31,811 nucleotides of DNA from Candidatus Saccharimonadota bacterium (GCA_028289075.1 JAQGGX010000058.1:1-31811), one strand, 5' to 3'. Numbered from the stretch's first letter, positions 1 to 8,566 are shown. Numbers and translations are program-made. The notes: generated by a model not told the origin, from the sequence alone.

Positions 1-151
1 ACGACTTTTTAGATTCATTGGCTTGAAATGGAACTTCCTGTAAATATGGCGACACCTGGATACCCTGTGGGCTTGCGGCAGTAGCCTGAACAGGCAGCAT
101 ATAAGGAGTAACCAACAGAAGTGAAAATAGTCCAAGAAGCAAGCGCCTCAT
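1..151 (-). CDS. Secreted protein, N-terminal part only (runs off window); probable second DUF916-like paralog
   Basis: Hand-translated, not in ORF track: MRRLLLGLFSLLLVTPYMLPVQATAASPQGIQVSPYLQEVPFQANESKKS. Signal peptide with AxA-like end; ATG lies 7 nt after the stop of the 158..1198 gene. Confidence 0.7.
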   Translation of the reverse strand, partial: MRRLLLGLFSLLLVTPYMLPVQATAASPQGIQVSPYLQEVPFQANESKKS

Positions 152-157
152 AGGCCG

Positions 158-1198
158 TTAACTCCTATACTTCCGGTGTGATCCGCGGAAACGATCCCAG
201 AAGATTCGTCCAATTGCCCAGGCGCCCACTCCGGCAAGGGCTAGGAAAACTACGAAGCCGCCAATGATTCGCCAAGGCACTACCCAGAAGCTCACTTCAC
301 TCTCAATCGGTACATCACGTGTGCCGTCATTGTATACAACAAGCAGCTTCGCCGTGTATTTGCCAAAGCGAAGTTTGCTGATCTCCGAAAAATTCCAGGA
401 GAGGTCACGTTTGGAGCTACCATCACTGTTATATGCCGGTTTATCATCAACTATTTTATCTTTGTACAGCGGGAAACCGTCTTGCCACTCATTTACAAAA
501 ATACGGTTCGAATATGGCAGCACATTGCCCTGCGCCTTGTTGAAATCAAGCGTCGCGACAACCTTATCGCCTTTTTTGATGAATATATTACCGACTGGTA
601 CTAAATGGATATTCCCGCTGTTTTTCACTCGCACGGTCATTTTGACTGGCAAGAATTCATACCACTTTTTCTCAGTCTTAAACTCTAAGAGGTCGAGTGA
701 ACGCCTTGCATTCGGGCTATTTACTTCCAACAACACAAGTTGCGCACTGGAGCCAATAACCACTGAACGATCCTTGGCGGCCGACTCACTCTCACGAGCA
801 AATGTAACGGCATAGTAGTAACCCAGTCCAGCAGTCTTAGGGATCTTGATCTTCATCTGGACCTTCACCCACTCATTTGGCTTGGCATCGAACTTACTTG
901 GACTGAAAGTCACCCAGTCAAAGTAATCATCGCCTGGGCCTCGTTCAGCTAGGTTAGGCCTGCCCTCTTCACCGCTGGCAGAGAACTTAAGCAAACTGAT
1001 CTTAAGGCGTTCAGGCGCTACTCCCATATTCTTAACCTGAATCTCTACATCTGCAGTAGTGCCAGGGTCGGCCTTGACGCGAGTGTTAGACACCGTGGTC
1101 GTCAAGAATAACCCAGTTCCCTGAGCACTCGCTGATTTACCCCCATACAGAGCAAACAGCACGACTGCAATACCTAACCCCCAGAACAGCTTTTTCAT
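158..1198 (-). CDS. Exported, C-terminally membrane-anchored protein, DUF916/DUF3324 (WxL-interacting-protein)-like
   Basis: 346 aa; N-terminal signal; Ig-like segments (VEIQVKNMG...DWVTFSPSKF...VQMKIKIP; TVRVKNSGNIHLVPVGNIFI); C-terminal TM helix (PWRIIGGFVVFLALAGVG) then basic tail. Confidence 0.65.
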   Translation of the reverse strand: MKKLFWGLGIAVVLFALYGGKSASAQGTGLFLTTTVSNTRVKADPGTTADVEIQVKNMGVAPERLKISLLKFSASGEEGRPNLAERGPGDDYFDWVTFSPSKFDAKPNEWVKVQMKIKIPKTAGLGYYYAVTFARESESAAKDRSVVIGSSAQLVLLEVNSPNARRSLDLLEFKTEKKWYEFLPVKMTVRVKNSGNIHLVPVGNIFIKKGDKVVATLDFNKAQGNVLPYSNRIFVNEWQDGFPLYKDKIVDDKPAYNSDGSSKRDLSWNFSEISKLRFGKYTAKLLVVYNDGTRDVPIESEVSFWVVPWRIIGGFVVFLALAGVGAWAIGRIFWDRFRGSHRKYRS

Positions 1199-1216
1199 TT
1201 ACCATTAGTATAAACA

Positions 1217-1242
1217 AAATGGGTAGCGTATGCTACCCATTT
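1217..1242 (-). terminator. Intrinsic terminator-like hairpin inside the surface-protein cluster
   Basis: AAATGGGTAGC-GTAT-GCTACCCATTT, perfect 11-bp stem, followed by TTTTGTTT on the minus strand. Confidence 0.7.
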
Positions 1243-1264
1243 CACTTATGTTATCTGTGTAATT

Positions 1265-2317
1265 TTAGAAGTTACCGGCTGCGACGATTGTAAGCGTATC
1301 GGTATAGTCATTAGCTGCGCCAATGGTTGATGATACCGCTACTCGTTCCTTAAGGGAAACAGTGTCGGCGTTCGTGTAGCCATTGCGGGAAACGAATGAC
1401 GCGAAGTTAGTGCCATTAAATGATCCGCCCTGTGTACCACCTACTACGTTGTATTCACCATCATATGCGAGTGATCCGTTACAAGTAGAACAGGCAGTTC
1501 CTGTCGAAGGTACAAAGGTATAGCTCGTGGTTCCTGCAGCTACTGTGTCAGCAGTACCGTTAAACGTACCGGTGACAATCGGAGTGGTCGGAGAAACTGC
1601 AGACGATAATTGGCCGTTTGCAGACTTAACGTATGCTGTATAGCCAAGTGCGGAGTTGGTACTGACAACCATGTTTACACCAGTTGATGTCTGGATAGTA
1701 GTAGGGTCAGCCTTTGGAACTGTGTCGCTGTTGGCGCTTAGTGAAAAACTGAAGCTTGAGGCGACTGATGCGTTGACCGCAACTTGGTCAGCGTTGCTAA
1801 CTGCACCATAGATATAGACAGATACGGTTGAAGTGTCGATAGTTGCATCCGCACTGGTAAGTGATTCAACAGTTACTGAGTACTGGCCAGCTGATGCTGG
1901 GTTCTGTACGGTTCCGGAAGGAATCGTGAATCCATACAGTGTAGTGTTGTTAAGACTTCCTGAAGTAGCACCAGAAACAACAATCGTACGTGATCCTGCG
2001 GTCGCAGCAGCCGTCAAACTGCCTGGCAATACCGTGGCGCTTGGTGTGTTCGGAAAGCCAGTCGTACCGACAGTTGGTGTGCCGGTGGTGACCGTAAAGC
2101 TGGCTGGAAATGTCAGGCGAACCTTAGCGACACTGGTTGGAGTCGTGTTGAATTTGGTGGTTACGAACAGGTCGTTGCCAGTCGTAGCGCTAATACCCAG
2201 ACGACCCAATCGCACTCCTGCATCGTTGAGCGCAGCCGCGTGCACGAATGCCGGGCTAGCCACAAAGGCAATCAGTACAAAAGCTGCTACCAGTTTTGTG
2301 ATTCTACTTTTTAACAT
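1265..2317 (-). CDS. Secreted Thr/Ser/Ala-rich beta-sandwich surface protein (putative major structural subunit)
   Basis: ORF track 1265..2395; start reassigned to ATG 2317 (MLKSRITKLVAAFVLIAF...VHA signal peptide, AAAGGAAA upstream). C-terminus NDYTDTLTIVAAGNF resembles that of 2445..3503. Confidence 0.8.
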   Translation of the reverse strand: MLKSRITKLVAAFVLIAFVASPAFVHAAALNDAGVRLGRLGISATTGNDLFVTTKFNTTPTSVAKVRLTFPASFTVTTGTPTVGTTGFPNTPSATVLPGSLTAAATAGSRTIVVSGATSGSLNNTTLYGFTIPSGTVQNPASAGQYSVTVESLTSADATIDTSTVSVYIYGAVSNADQVAVNASVASSFSFSLSANSDTVPKADPTTIQTSTGVNMVVSTNSALGYTAYVKSANGQLSSAVSPTTPIVTGTFNGTADTVAAGTTSYTFVPSTGTACSTCNGSLAYDGEYNVVGGTQGGSFNGTNFASFVSRNGYTNADTVSLKERVAVSSTIGAANDYTDTLTIVAAGNF

Positions 2318-2444
2318 TATTGTTTTTCCTTTCTGATTTCTCAGACACATGTTTTCGTTAGTAACTATTATGGATAAGCATAACAGCAATGTCAACTGTT
2401 AATTAGTTCACAATTTTCGCATTATGAATTTTTTATGAATTATT

Positions 2445-3503
2445 CTAAAAGCTCCCAGAAGCCACAAAGGTAAGCACATCGTTATAGTCGTTACCTTGGG
2501 GAGCATTTGGTGAAGCCTTAGCCTTTAAAAGCAACGTAGCTACGCCGCCAACAAGTGGCGCTCCGGAGGAATACAGACTTCTGCTCGTCGTATCTATCAA
2601 ACCAACGTTATCGTTACTGACATTATACGGAGCTTGCGCGGTCAATGGACCACCTGAAGTCTGCGATACACTACTGCTCCGAATACCATAGCCTTCAGCC
2701 GCAACGCTCAGGTCAGTCGAACTCGATGCAATAGTATGTCCTGCCCCTGCACTGAGTAGACCGCCGTTCTTGCCGGTCAAATAGACATGTACCCCGCTGG
2801 CAGCATTACTATCTATTCCTAGGTTAATAGTTTGTGCGGCGGTAACGACAGATCCTGTGAGCAGCGATCCAAAATTGATACTGAATGGTGGTGTCGGCTG
2901 AGCGCTCGTCGTAACGCTAAATGTAATGGACGGACTGGCGGTAGTAGCCGACAAAGAAGGACCAAATGCAGACTCTGTGAACTTTCCTTGCGTTGCCTTT
3001 GCTTTTAGATGATACGTAATCCCCGAGGTAAGTCCGATTACGTTAGCGCCGCTTGCTCCACCCCAAGCAGCATAGGTCTTGTAGTCAGCCAAAGTCAGGG
3101 TGTTTCCTACGGTGAAATCGCTCTTAACATAGCGCGTATCGGCTACAAAGTTGTCCGTACTAATAGCGAGTGCATAGAGAGCATCGCTCGGGTTACCCTG
3201 CTGATCAATAATAAATTGCAGTTTATTGTAGTACTGCCCGCTGTTATTGCTAAGCGTTGCTATCTTCGGTACCTGTGCTTGTTGGGTCTCTATAAATCCC
3301 GGTTTAGCAGAGTAATTAGCTGTCGAGCCTGTGCCGCCGCTGAGCTCACCGGCAGAACCCTCCAGGGCATAGGTAGCTGTTGAGGAGTTCGCCGAACCAC
3401 CGCTCCCAAACGTAAAGGAGTTTAGCTGGTAATTCGAAGTAGCCGGCACTGCCGCAAATAGAATTAGCCCTAGACTGATAAACCCCTTCATCTTGTACAG
3501 CAT
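2445..3503 (-). CDS. Secreted beta-rich surface protein, C-terminal domain related to 1265..2317
   Basis: 352 aa; signal peptide; SNYQL...FGSGG N-terminal motif; C-terminus NDYNDVLTFVASGSF. Start may be 3491. Confidence 0.8.
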   Translation of the reverse strand: MLYKMKGFISLGLILFAAVPATSNYQLNSFTFGSGGSANSSTATYALEGSAGELSGGTGSTANYSAKPGFIETQQAQVPKIATLSNNSGQYYNKLQFIIDQQGNPSDALYALAISTDNFVADTRYVKSDFTVGNTLTLADYKTYAAWGGASGANVIGLTSGITYHLKAKATQGKFTESAFGPSLSATTASPSITFSVTTSAQPTPPFSINFGSLLTGSVVTAAQTINLGIDSNAASGVHVYLTGKNGGLLSAGAGHTIASSSTDLSVAAEGYGIRSSSVSQTSGGPLTAQAPYNVSNDNVGLIDTTSRSLYSSGAPLVGGVATLLLKAKASPNAPQGNDYNDVLTFVASGSF

Positions 3504-3529
3504 TATACAGCATAAGCGTGACGTTTAGA

Positions 3530-3976
3530 CTAGTCGACGATCATAAGGAAACCATCGTGGATATTTTTGAACAGATCACGTTTCTCACCTGGCTTGATCT
3601 CTCTCGTGCAAAGCATATTATCAATCTCTTCGAGTTTGAGCACCGTGCCAATTTCATCATCGTATGCAACGTAGGAATTGCTGAGCCAATACTTACGCAC
3701 TGGCCCTGAGCGGGACTCATACTCCTCCTGAACGTCTATGCGCACAACAACCGCATCCTCATCCCTAATTGCCGCCAAACGATCCAGTACAACCCGGCAA
3801 CACCGTTGGTCAGTTTGCTGTAATATAATTCGTTCGAACTCACCCGTACTAATAATAAGGCTCAGTTCCGGACTTGAGACCATAAGCCGTTCAGCTAATC
3901 GGAACTGTTGATAGGCTACTCCAAATATTGATTGTGCAGCTCCCCTCCTTTCTTGTTGGCTTGAAGACTGACTCAT
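3530..3976 (-). CDS. Hypothetical protein
   Basis: 148 aa ORF with ATGA overlap to the upstream gene; no recognisable motif. Confidence 0.7.
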   Translation of the reverse strand: MSQSSSQQERRGAAQSIFGVAYQQFRLAERLMVSSPELSLIISTGEFERIILQQTDQRCCRVVLDRLAAIRDEDAVVVRIDVQEEYESRSGPVRKYWLSNSYVAYDDEIGTVLKLEEIDNMLCTREIKPGEKRDLFKNIHDGFLMIVD

Positions 3977-4209
3977 GTTGAAACCTCACGCGGCCTGCCT
4001 AAGATCGCCATAGGCCGTTCACGCCAGGTGTCTTTCTCTAAATACCTGAGCGTATAGAGGTGGAGCAGTATCCAGCCTTCTTCGAGCAAGCTGTTAACTT
4101 CTTCTCTTCCATGCGCTTCAAGGTTGCGACCCGTCAGCTCGGTGATTCCAAGATCCCACAGCTCTTTACTGCGGGTAACTGCTTTGGTGCCTGGAGTATT
4201 CTGTACCAT
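3973..4209 (-). CDS. Hypothetical protein (78 aa)
   Basis: ORF track 3973..4227; start reassigned to ATG 4209, which has GGAGG 5 nt upstream. Confidence 0.7.
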   Translation of the reverse strand: MVQNTPGTKAVTRSKELWDLGITELTGRNLEAHGREEVNSLLEEGWILLHLYTLRYLEKDTWRERPMAILGRPREVST

Positions 4210-4267
4210 ATTGACCTCCACTAGCACCCCACTATAAAAGGTTTAAGTTGCAAAAATAGCGAATATC

Positions 4268-5191
4268 TTACAGCCAGCGTTTGCGACGGAAAACTAGGAC
4301 CGTACTCGCACAGGCGAGCACAATAAATGCTATAACAAACCAGAAGGCATACGGATGTTCCTGCAATGGTAGTGGTACATTCATACCGAAGATTCCCGAT
4401 ACAATTGTCGGAATCATCAAAAAGATAGAGATCGAGGTCAGGCGACGAAAGGTCTTGTTCAGTTCGTTGGTCGCAATCGCATCATATGCCTGGCGGATGT
4501 TTACGATTGTTTTGACACGTGACTTCGCAAGCTCAATCAACTCTGCAGTACCAAGGCTTAAGTCCTCGATGAGATCTTTGTCCTGCTCATACAAGCGGAT
4601 AAATTTGCCGTTTAGCAAGTTACGAAGCATTGAAGCCTGTGGTTGCAGGGCGCTCAGCATTTCATTCAGGTCATCTTCCAGATCTACAAACTGCAGCAAC
4701 TGTTCATTGCTGATGTTTTTGCCGCGCAGCTGTGTACGAGCACGAAGCACTTGCCGGGTCGTTACGTTCAGGTAGCGAGTATACGTCTCATTCACTTCTT
4801 CAATGATTTGCAGTAATGTCTTTGTCTTTTGCGTAGTGATAACCGGGCGCTGACCGTTTTGCAAGCGCTTCAGTATATTTGTCTGAGCCCGCACAATCGT
4901 AATCAAGCAATCGTCACGATATATGATCAACAATGGTTCAGTGGCGTTTACGCCATTTTCGGGATAACAGTATCTTGTAAACACATACACCGTGTCATCC
5001 TCTTGCTCGATACGAGGCGCCTCATACGGGTCGACGGCGTCATTCAACAGGTCGATATCGAGGTTAAAATCCTCACTTAACCGCTGCAGTTCTTCTGCGT
5101 TGGGTGCTTCGACATGGATCCATGCTCCAGTACGCAGGCTCTCAATAGTCTTCAGCTCCGGCGCACGTGCCGTGCTGTAATAAATATTCAT
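4268..5191 (-). CDS. corA: CorA family Mg2+/Co2+ transporter
   Basis: 307 aa; signature GIFGMNV after the first of two C-terminal TM helices; WIHVEAP near the N-terminus. Confidence 0.95.
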   Translation of the reverse strand: MNIYYSTARAPELKTIESLRTGAWIHVEAPNAEELQRLSEDFNLDIDLLNDAVDPYEAPRIEQEDDTVYVFTRYCYPENGVNATEPLLIIYRDDCLITIVRAQTNILKRLQNGQRPVITTQKTKTLLQIIEEVNETYTRYLNVTTRQVLRARTQLRGKNISNEQLLQFVDLEDDLNEMLSALQPQASMLRNLLNGKFIRLYEQDKDLIEDLSLGTAELIELAKSRVKTIVNIRQAYDAIATNELNKTFRRLTSISIFLMIPTIVSGIFGMNVPLPLQEHPYAFWFVIAFIVLACASTVLVFRRKRWL

Positions 5192-5218
5192 GACCTAATT
5201 GTAGGTCAAAAACGAGAA

Positions 5219-6130
5219 TCAACCTACTTTTTGTGGGTCGGTCTTGACCAGTGGCTCATCTGACACTTTCGATCCGAATCGTTTTTTGTAAAGCGCGAAT
5301 ACCCCAATTACGCTGTAGTATGCAACAACCGCATACATAGCACCCAGGAACTCGTCAATTGCATAATGGTCGCCCATGTAAATCGTTCCTATATATATGA
5401 TCAACGGATAGACAGCAGCAAGTGCGGCCCACTTCTTTCCATATAGCTTCGCGACAATTAGAAACAACAGCGTTGCATATCCTGCGTGGAGCGACGGTAC
5501 GGCGGCAACCGGATTTGGAGCAATCTTGTCATATAATAGGGCAAAGTCATTCACGCCAAGTGCGGCCCACACTTCACTCGAAACCCTGACAACTGGCTCG
5601 ATTACGCCTGTTTGTGTTGCCATCCATGGGGGTGCAGCCGGATACAAAAGAAACGTCAAAAAACCCGTAAAGGACACGAAGACATACATACTAATAACTC
5701 TCCAGTACCAGCGCTCCCTTGTCTTCCAGACTAGGATTGCGATGCCGAGCGGGAAGATAAAGTGCAGCATATATACAAGGTAGAACATGAAGTCATACCA
5801 CTGCACGTGGCCGCTCCACCACCAGTTCTGCAGAACTTTGGTTGGTAGCTCACCAGCGAACACCAGTTTGTCGACATACGGCATCCACTCAAACTCCACT
5901 CTCCGATTCAGCTGCGGAATCAGGCCGCGGAACGATTCATACGCAAGCAGCAGGAGCACGAACGGACCGAGACGCATCAGTAGTTCTTTTGCCTGGCCAA
6001 GCGCTAAGAAGATAAAGATCAAGAAGATAAAGAGCTTATCCGGTGTCGGCCAGCTTGGTGTATGAATAAAAAACGCGAGACATGCAATTGTCCCTGCGAT
6101 CCCAATAAGTCGCTTACCCTTATCAAACAT
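5219..6130 (-). CDS. AUR1/inositol-phosphorylceramide-synthase-like PAP2-family membrane protein
   Basis: 303 aa multi-TM; motifs YPAAPPW, PSLHAGYA and GDHYAIDE. Confidence 0.85.
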   Translation of the reverse strand: MFDKGKRLIGIAGTIACLAFFIHTPSWPTPDKLFIFLIFIFLALGQAKELLMRLGPFVLLLLAYESFRGLIPQLNRRVEFEWMPYVDKLVFAGELPTKVLQNWWWSGHVQWYDFMFYLVYMLHFIFPLGIAILVWKTRERWYWRVISMYVFVSFTGFLTFLLYPAAPPWMATQTGVIEPVVRVSSEVWAALGVNDFALLYDKIAPNPVAAVPSLHAGYATLLFLIVAKLYGKKWAALAAVYPLIIYIGTIYMGDHYAIDEFLGAMYAVVAYYSVIGVFALYKKRFGSKVSDEPLVKTDPQKVG

Positions 6131-6195
6131 TAGTCATATCCTACCACAAAATATAAGCCGAAAAGTGAATCTTCTTTAAAGATCAGGCAGTATAT

Positions 6196-6498
6196 TTATC
6201 TTTGAGTGGAACGATGTTCTTGAATGTAATCGACGATGATGCCTCCGACCAGGCATACTCCGCCAAGCGCTATTACACCCAGTCCAGCGTTTATCAGATT
6301 ACCATTTGAGCCTGGATCCGTCAGACCGTAAGCCTCAATCAACATACCCGCGCCAGTCAGCCCCTGGCCTGTACGTATAATACGGACGTGGCGCCTTGTC
6401 CGGCTATCAATCTCTTCAAGAGCACCATCCATGGCCTCCACCATTTTTTGGCGTGCTACGAATTCACGGGTCTCGTCTGGTCCTTGCATATCTGTCAT
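6196..6498 (-). CDS. Hypothetical membrane protein (100 aa)
   Basis: ORF track 6196..6537; start reassigned to ATG 6498, just after the upstream stop; two hydrophobic C-terminal segments. Confidence 0.65.
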   Translation of the reverse strand: MTDMQGPDETREFVARQKMVEAMDGALEEIDSRTRRHVRIIRTGQGLTGAGMLIEAYGLTDPGSNGNLINAGLGVIALGGVCLVGGIIVDYIQEHRSTQR

Positions 6499-6502
6499 CA
6501 GA

Positions 6503-7123
6503 TTATACTTTGTTATCCAGCCATGGCCGCTGAGCAATTATGAGCGCTCTGGAGGAGATAATCTCCTTCTGCACAGCACCGTTGACAATATATTGATTTG
6601 GCTTGTATTGCTCTTTATATTTAAGTACCTTCCAGCCCGCTTGAGTGTATATGTCGCTCAATTCGCCCGGATGGAAGCAGCGGGCAGTGTTCTTTACATT
6701 TGCCATACCCGGCTGAACCAAGTAGCCTCCGATGATGTTCAGCCCACCCTGACGCGTTACATTTCTTAATGCATCCAAAGCTATAAATGCATGAGTTTTA
6801 GGCATGAGATGCAAGACATCATCTGACAACACAATATCAAATGCCCTCGCAAACGGTGGGCGGCGAATATCTCCGGCTATGTAGGTATTTTTTCCTGCCA
6901 GCTCTCCAGCGCGAGTATTATTTCGCCTTGCAGCGTCTAATTCATCTATGTCGTTACTCAGGTTCACGACATTATGACCAAGTTGAGCCAGGTGTAAGCC
7001 ATGCCTACCGGTACCGCATCCAGCATCCAGAATATCTCGTGGAGTTTCCGTATCGAGCGAAGCAGCAAACTCACGAATATAATCGGCTGGTGGTAGTCCA
7101 AGAGGTAATTCAACTTGTGTCAT
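6503..7123 (-). CDS. Class I SAM-dependent methyltransferase (TehB-like)
   Basis: Motif I ILDAGCGTGRHG; FDIVLS; GGLNII. Confidence 0.9.
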   Translation of the reverse strand: MTQVELPLGLPPADYIREFAASLDTETPRDILDAGCGTGRHGLHLAQLGHNVVNLSNDIDELDAARRNNTRAGELAGKNTYIAGDIRRPPFARAFDIVLSDDVLHLMPKTHAFIALDALRNVTRQGGLNIIGGYLVQPGMANVKNTARCFHPGELSDIYTQAGWKVLKYKEQYKPNQYIVNGAVQKEIISSRALIIAQRPWLDNKV

Positions 7124-7246
7124 AGGTTCTCAAACAATATTTCTATATGAAAAAAGGCATCAAATGCCATATGTAGGTATATTATAGCATATACGTCAAT
7201 ATTAGTCAATATATACCATTTCATGCTGGAGTATTATGGATATTTT

Positions 7247-7255
7247 TGGTACAAT
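7247..7255 (+). promoter_or_regulatory. Extended -10 promoter element, probably driving the tRNA-Gln locus
   Basis: TG-G-TACAAT matches TGnTATAAT, about 40 nt upstream of the first tRNA-like copy. Confidence 0.5.
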
Positions 7256-7294
7256 CTCCCCTGTTTTATAGCGTGCACACAGTACGCATAATAA

Positions 7295-7359
7295 TGGGGA
7301 TTGGCCAAGCCGCACCGACACCGGATTCGGTCCTGCCATTCGAGGGTTCGAATCCCTCA
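7295..7359 (+). pseudogene. Degenerate tRNA-Gln copy lacking the 3' acceptor strand
   Basis: First 15 nt (TGGGGATTGGCCAAG) identical to the intact tRNA; anticodon loop TTC-GGT has a 1-nt deletion; intact T-arm GAGGG-TTCGAAT-CCCTC; no ATCCCCAGCCA end. Confidence 0.8.
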
Positions 7360-7375
7360 AACAAATTAACAATAT

Positions 7376-7398
7376 GATTCAGAATATTTCTCTTGGCT
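7376..7398 (-). repeat. Inverted copy (anti-repeat) of the tRNA 3'-end/trailer repeat
   Basis: GATTCAGAATATTTCTCTTGGCT; its reverse complement matches 7472-7494 (AGCCAAGAGAAATGTCCTGAATC) at 21/23. Confidence 0.9.
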
Positions 7399-7402
7399 TT
7401 AG

Positions 7403-7476
7403 TGGGGATTGGCCAAGTGGTAAGGCACCGGGTTCTGGTCCCGATATCGGGGGTTCGAATCCCTCATCCCCAGCCA
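7403..7476 (+). tRNA. tRNA-Gln (anticodon CUG)
   Basis: 74-nt cloverleaf: acceptor TGGGGAT/ATCCCCA, D-arm GCC-AAGTGGTAA-GGC, anticodon loop TT-CTG-GT, T-arm GGGGG-TTCGAAT-CCCTC, G discriminator, encoded CCA. Confidence 0.96.
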
Positions 7477-7508
7477 AGAGAAATGTCCTGAATCCCGGCG
7501 TCCCCAGC
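7469..7508 (+). repeat. Direct repeat R1 (40 bp; tRNA 3' end plus trailer)
   Basis: CCCAGCCAAGAGAAATGTCCTGAATCCCGGCGTCCCCAGC, identical to 8567-8606. Confidence 0.97.
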
Positions 7509-7555
7509 TAAATCAAAACCCGGTCGAAAAATCGGATTTACTGTTATCCCCATTT

Positions 7556-8503
7556 TTATTGGATACGTAAATCTGCGACGAGTCTGGCATATTGCGTAAA
7601 AGCTGGTTTTGGCAGGTACTCGTCATCCATGATGCCGAAATGATAGAATATGCCCTCCTTGTCACTGTCGGTATCGCGGAGTTGAAAGAGCTCATAATGC
7701 GTAATATTGTAAGTGTCTTTAACTTCATACACGCTCATGATGATACGCTCGAGCGTAACCGCTTGTTGTTCTAGCGGGCGCTGGTCACCGGTCGGCCAGC
7801 CGTTTTCGGTAATTCGGATTGGCACGTGACCGCCGATACCCGCTCCTGCCAGATCACGCTCGCGAAGATCATTGATAATGGACTGAACTGCAGGTGCAAT
7901 TTGCTCTGTCGGAATTGGCCGGAATACGTCCGGGAAGAAGTCGAATCCAACATAATCTAACGCTTTGAGGAATTCTGGCGTGGAAAGCTCGCTAAGCTTT
8001 TGCCAATAAGTGTCTGGACCAAATGTTGGCGTAACATTGAAGCCAACTGCAACCTTACCCCAGCCGGCAGCTTGCAGTGCTGTTTTGGCTGCTATAACGC
8101 CTTCGGTGAGTGCACGCATGGACGAGGGATAGTCACCGTCCATACCATGGCCAACCACATTAGTTTCTTCGGTAATTTGTAGTGCACCGAGATGTGCACC
8201 GTATTCGTCTACGACTTTTTCTATAAAACGCTGCCAGTCTTCCATGTCGCCGGTATCAGTTTGGTAACATATGACCAGGTCAAGTTTGCGACCATGTATC
8301 GCATACTGTTCTGGACGAAACGGTGTGTGGTTGGCGGATTTACTATTGCCCTTATAGTGCAGGTAAGCTCGTGCCAACAGTGTCGCCGCGTCACCCTGCA
8401 GTGTGTCGAGTGCGCTATTAATTGCACTTGGATTATCGGGCTTGCCTTGCAGTAGCCCTTCATCTGAACCAGTTGCGCTGCCTACGTATATGCCAAATTC
8501 CAT
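7556..8503 (-). CDS. Putative clan GH-A-like TIM-barrel glycoside hydrolase
   Basis: 315 aa; ITENGWPT resembles a nucleophile motif, LQITEETN a possible acid/base region, DYVGFDFFP; AGGAGG SD upstream. Confidence 0.6.
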   Translation of the reverse strand: MEFGIYVGSATGSDEGLLQGKPDNPSAINSALDTLQGDAATLLARAYLHYKGNSKSANHTPFRPEQYAIHGRKLDLVICYQTDTGDMEDWQRFIEKVVDEYGAHLGALQITEETNVVGHGMDGDYPSSMRALTEGVIAAKTALQAAGWGKVAVGFNVTPTFGPDTYWQKLSELSTPEFLKALDYVGFDFFPDVFRPIPTEQIAPAVQSIINDLRERDLAGAGIGGHVPIRITENGWPTGDQRPLEQQAVTLERIIMSVYEVKDTYNITHYELFQLRDTDSDKEGIFYHFGIMDDEYLPKPAFTQYARLVADLRIQ

Positions 8504-8566
8504 ACATCCTCCTATGCCTTACTCCTATCGCTATTGTACTCACAAGTTTGGAATATGGGCTACTTA

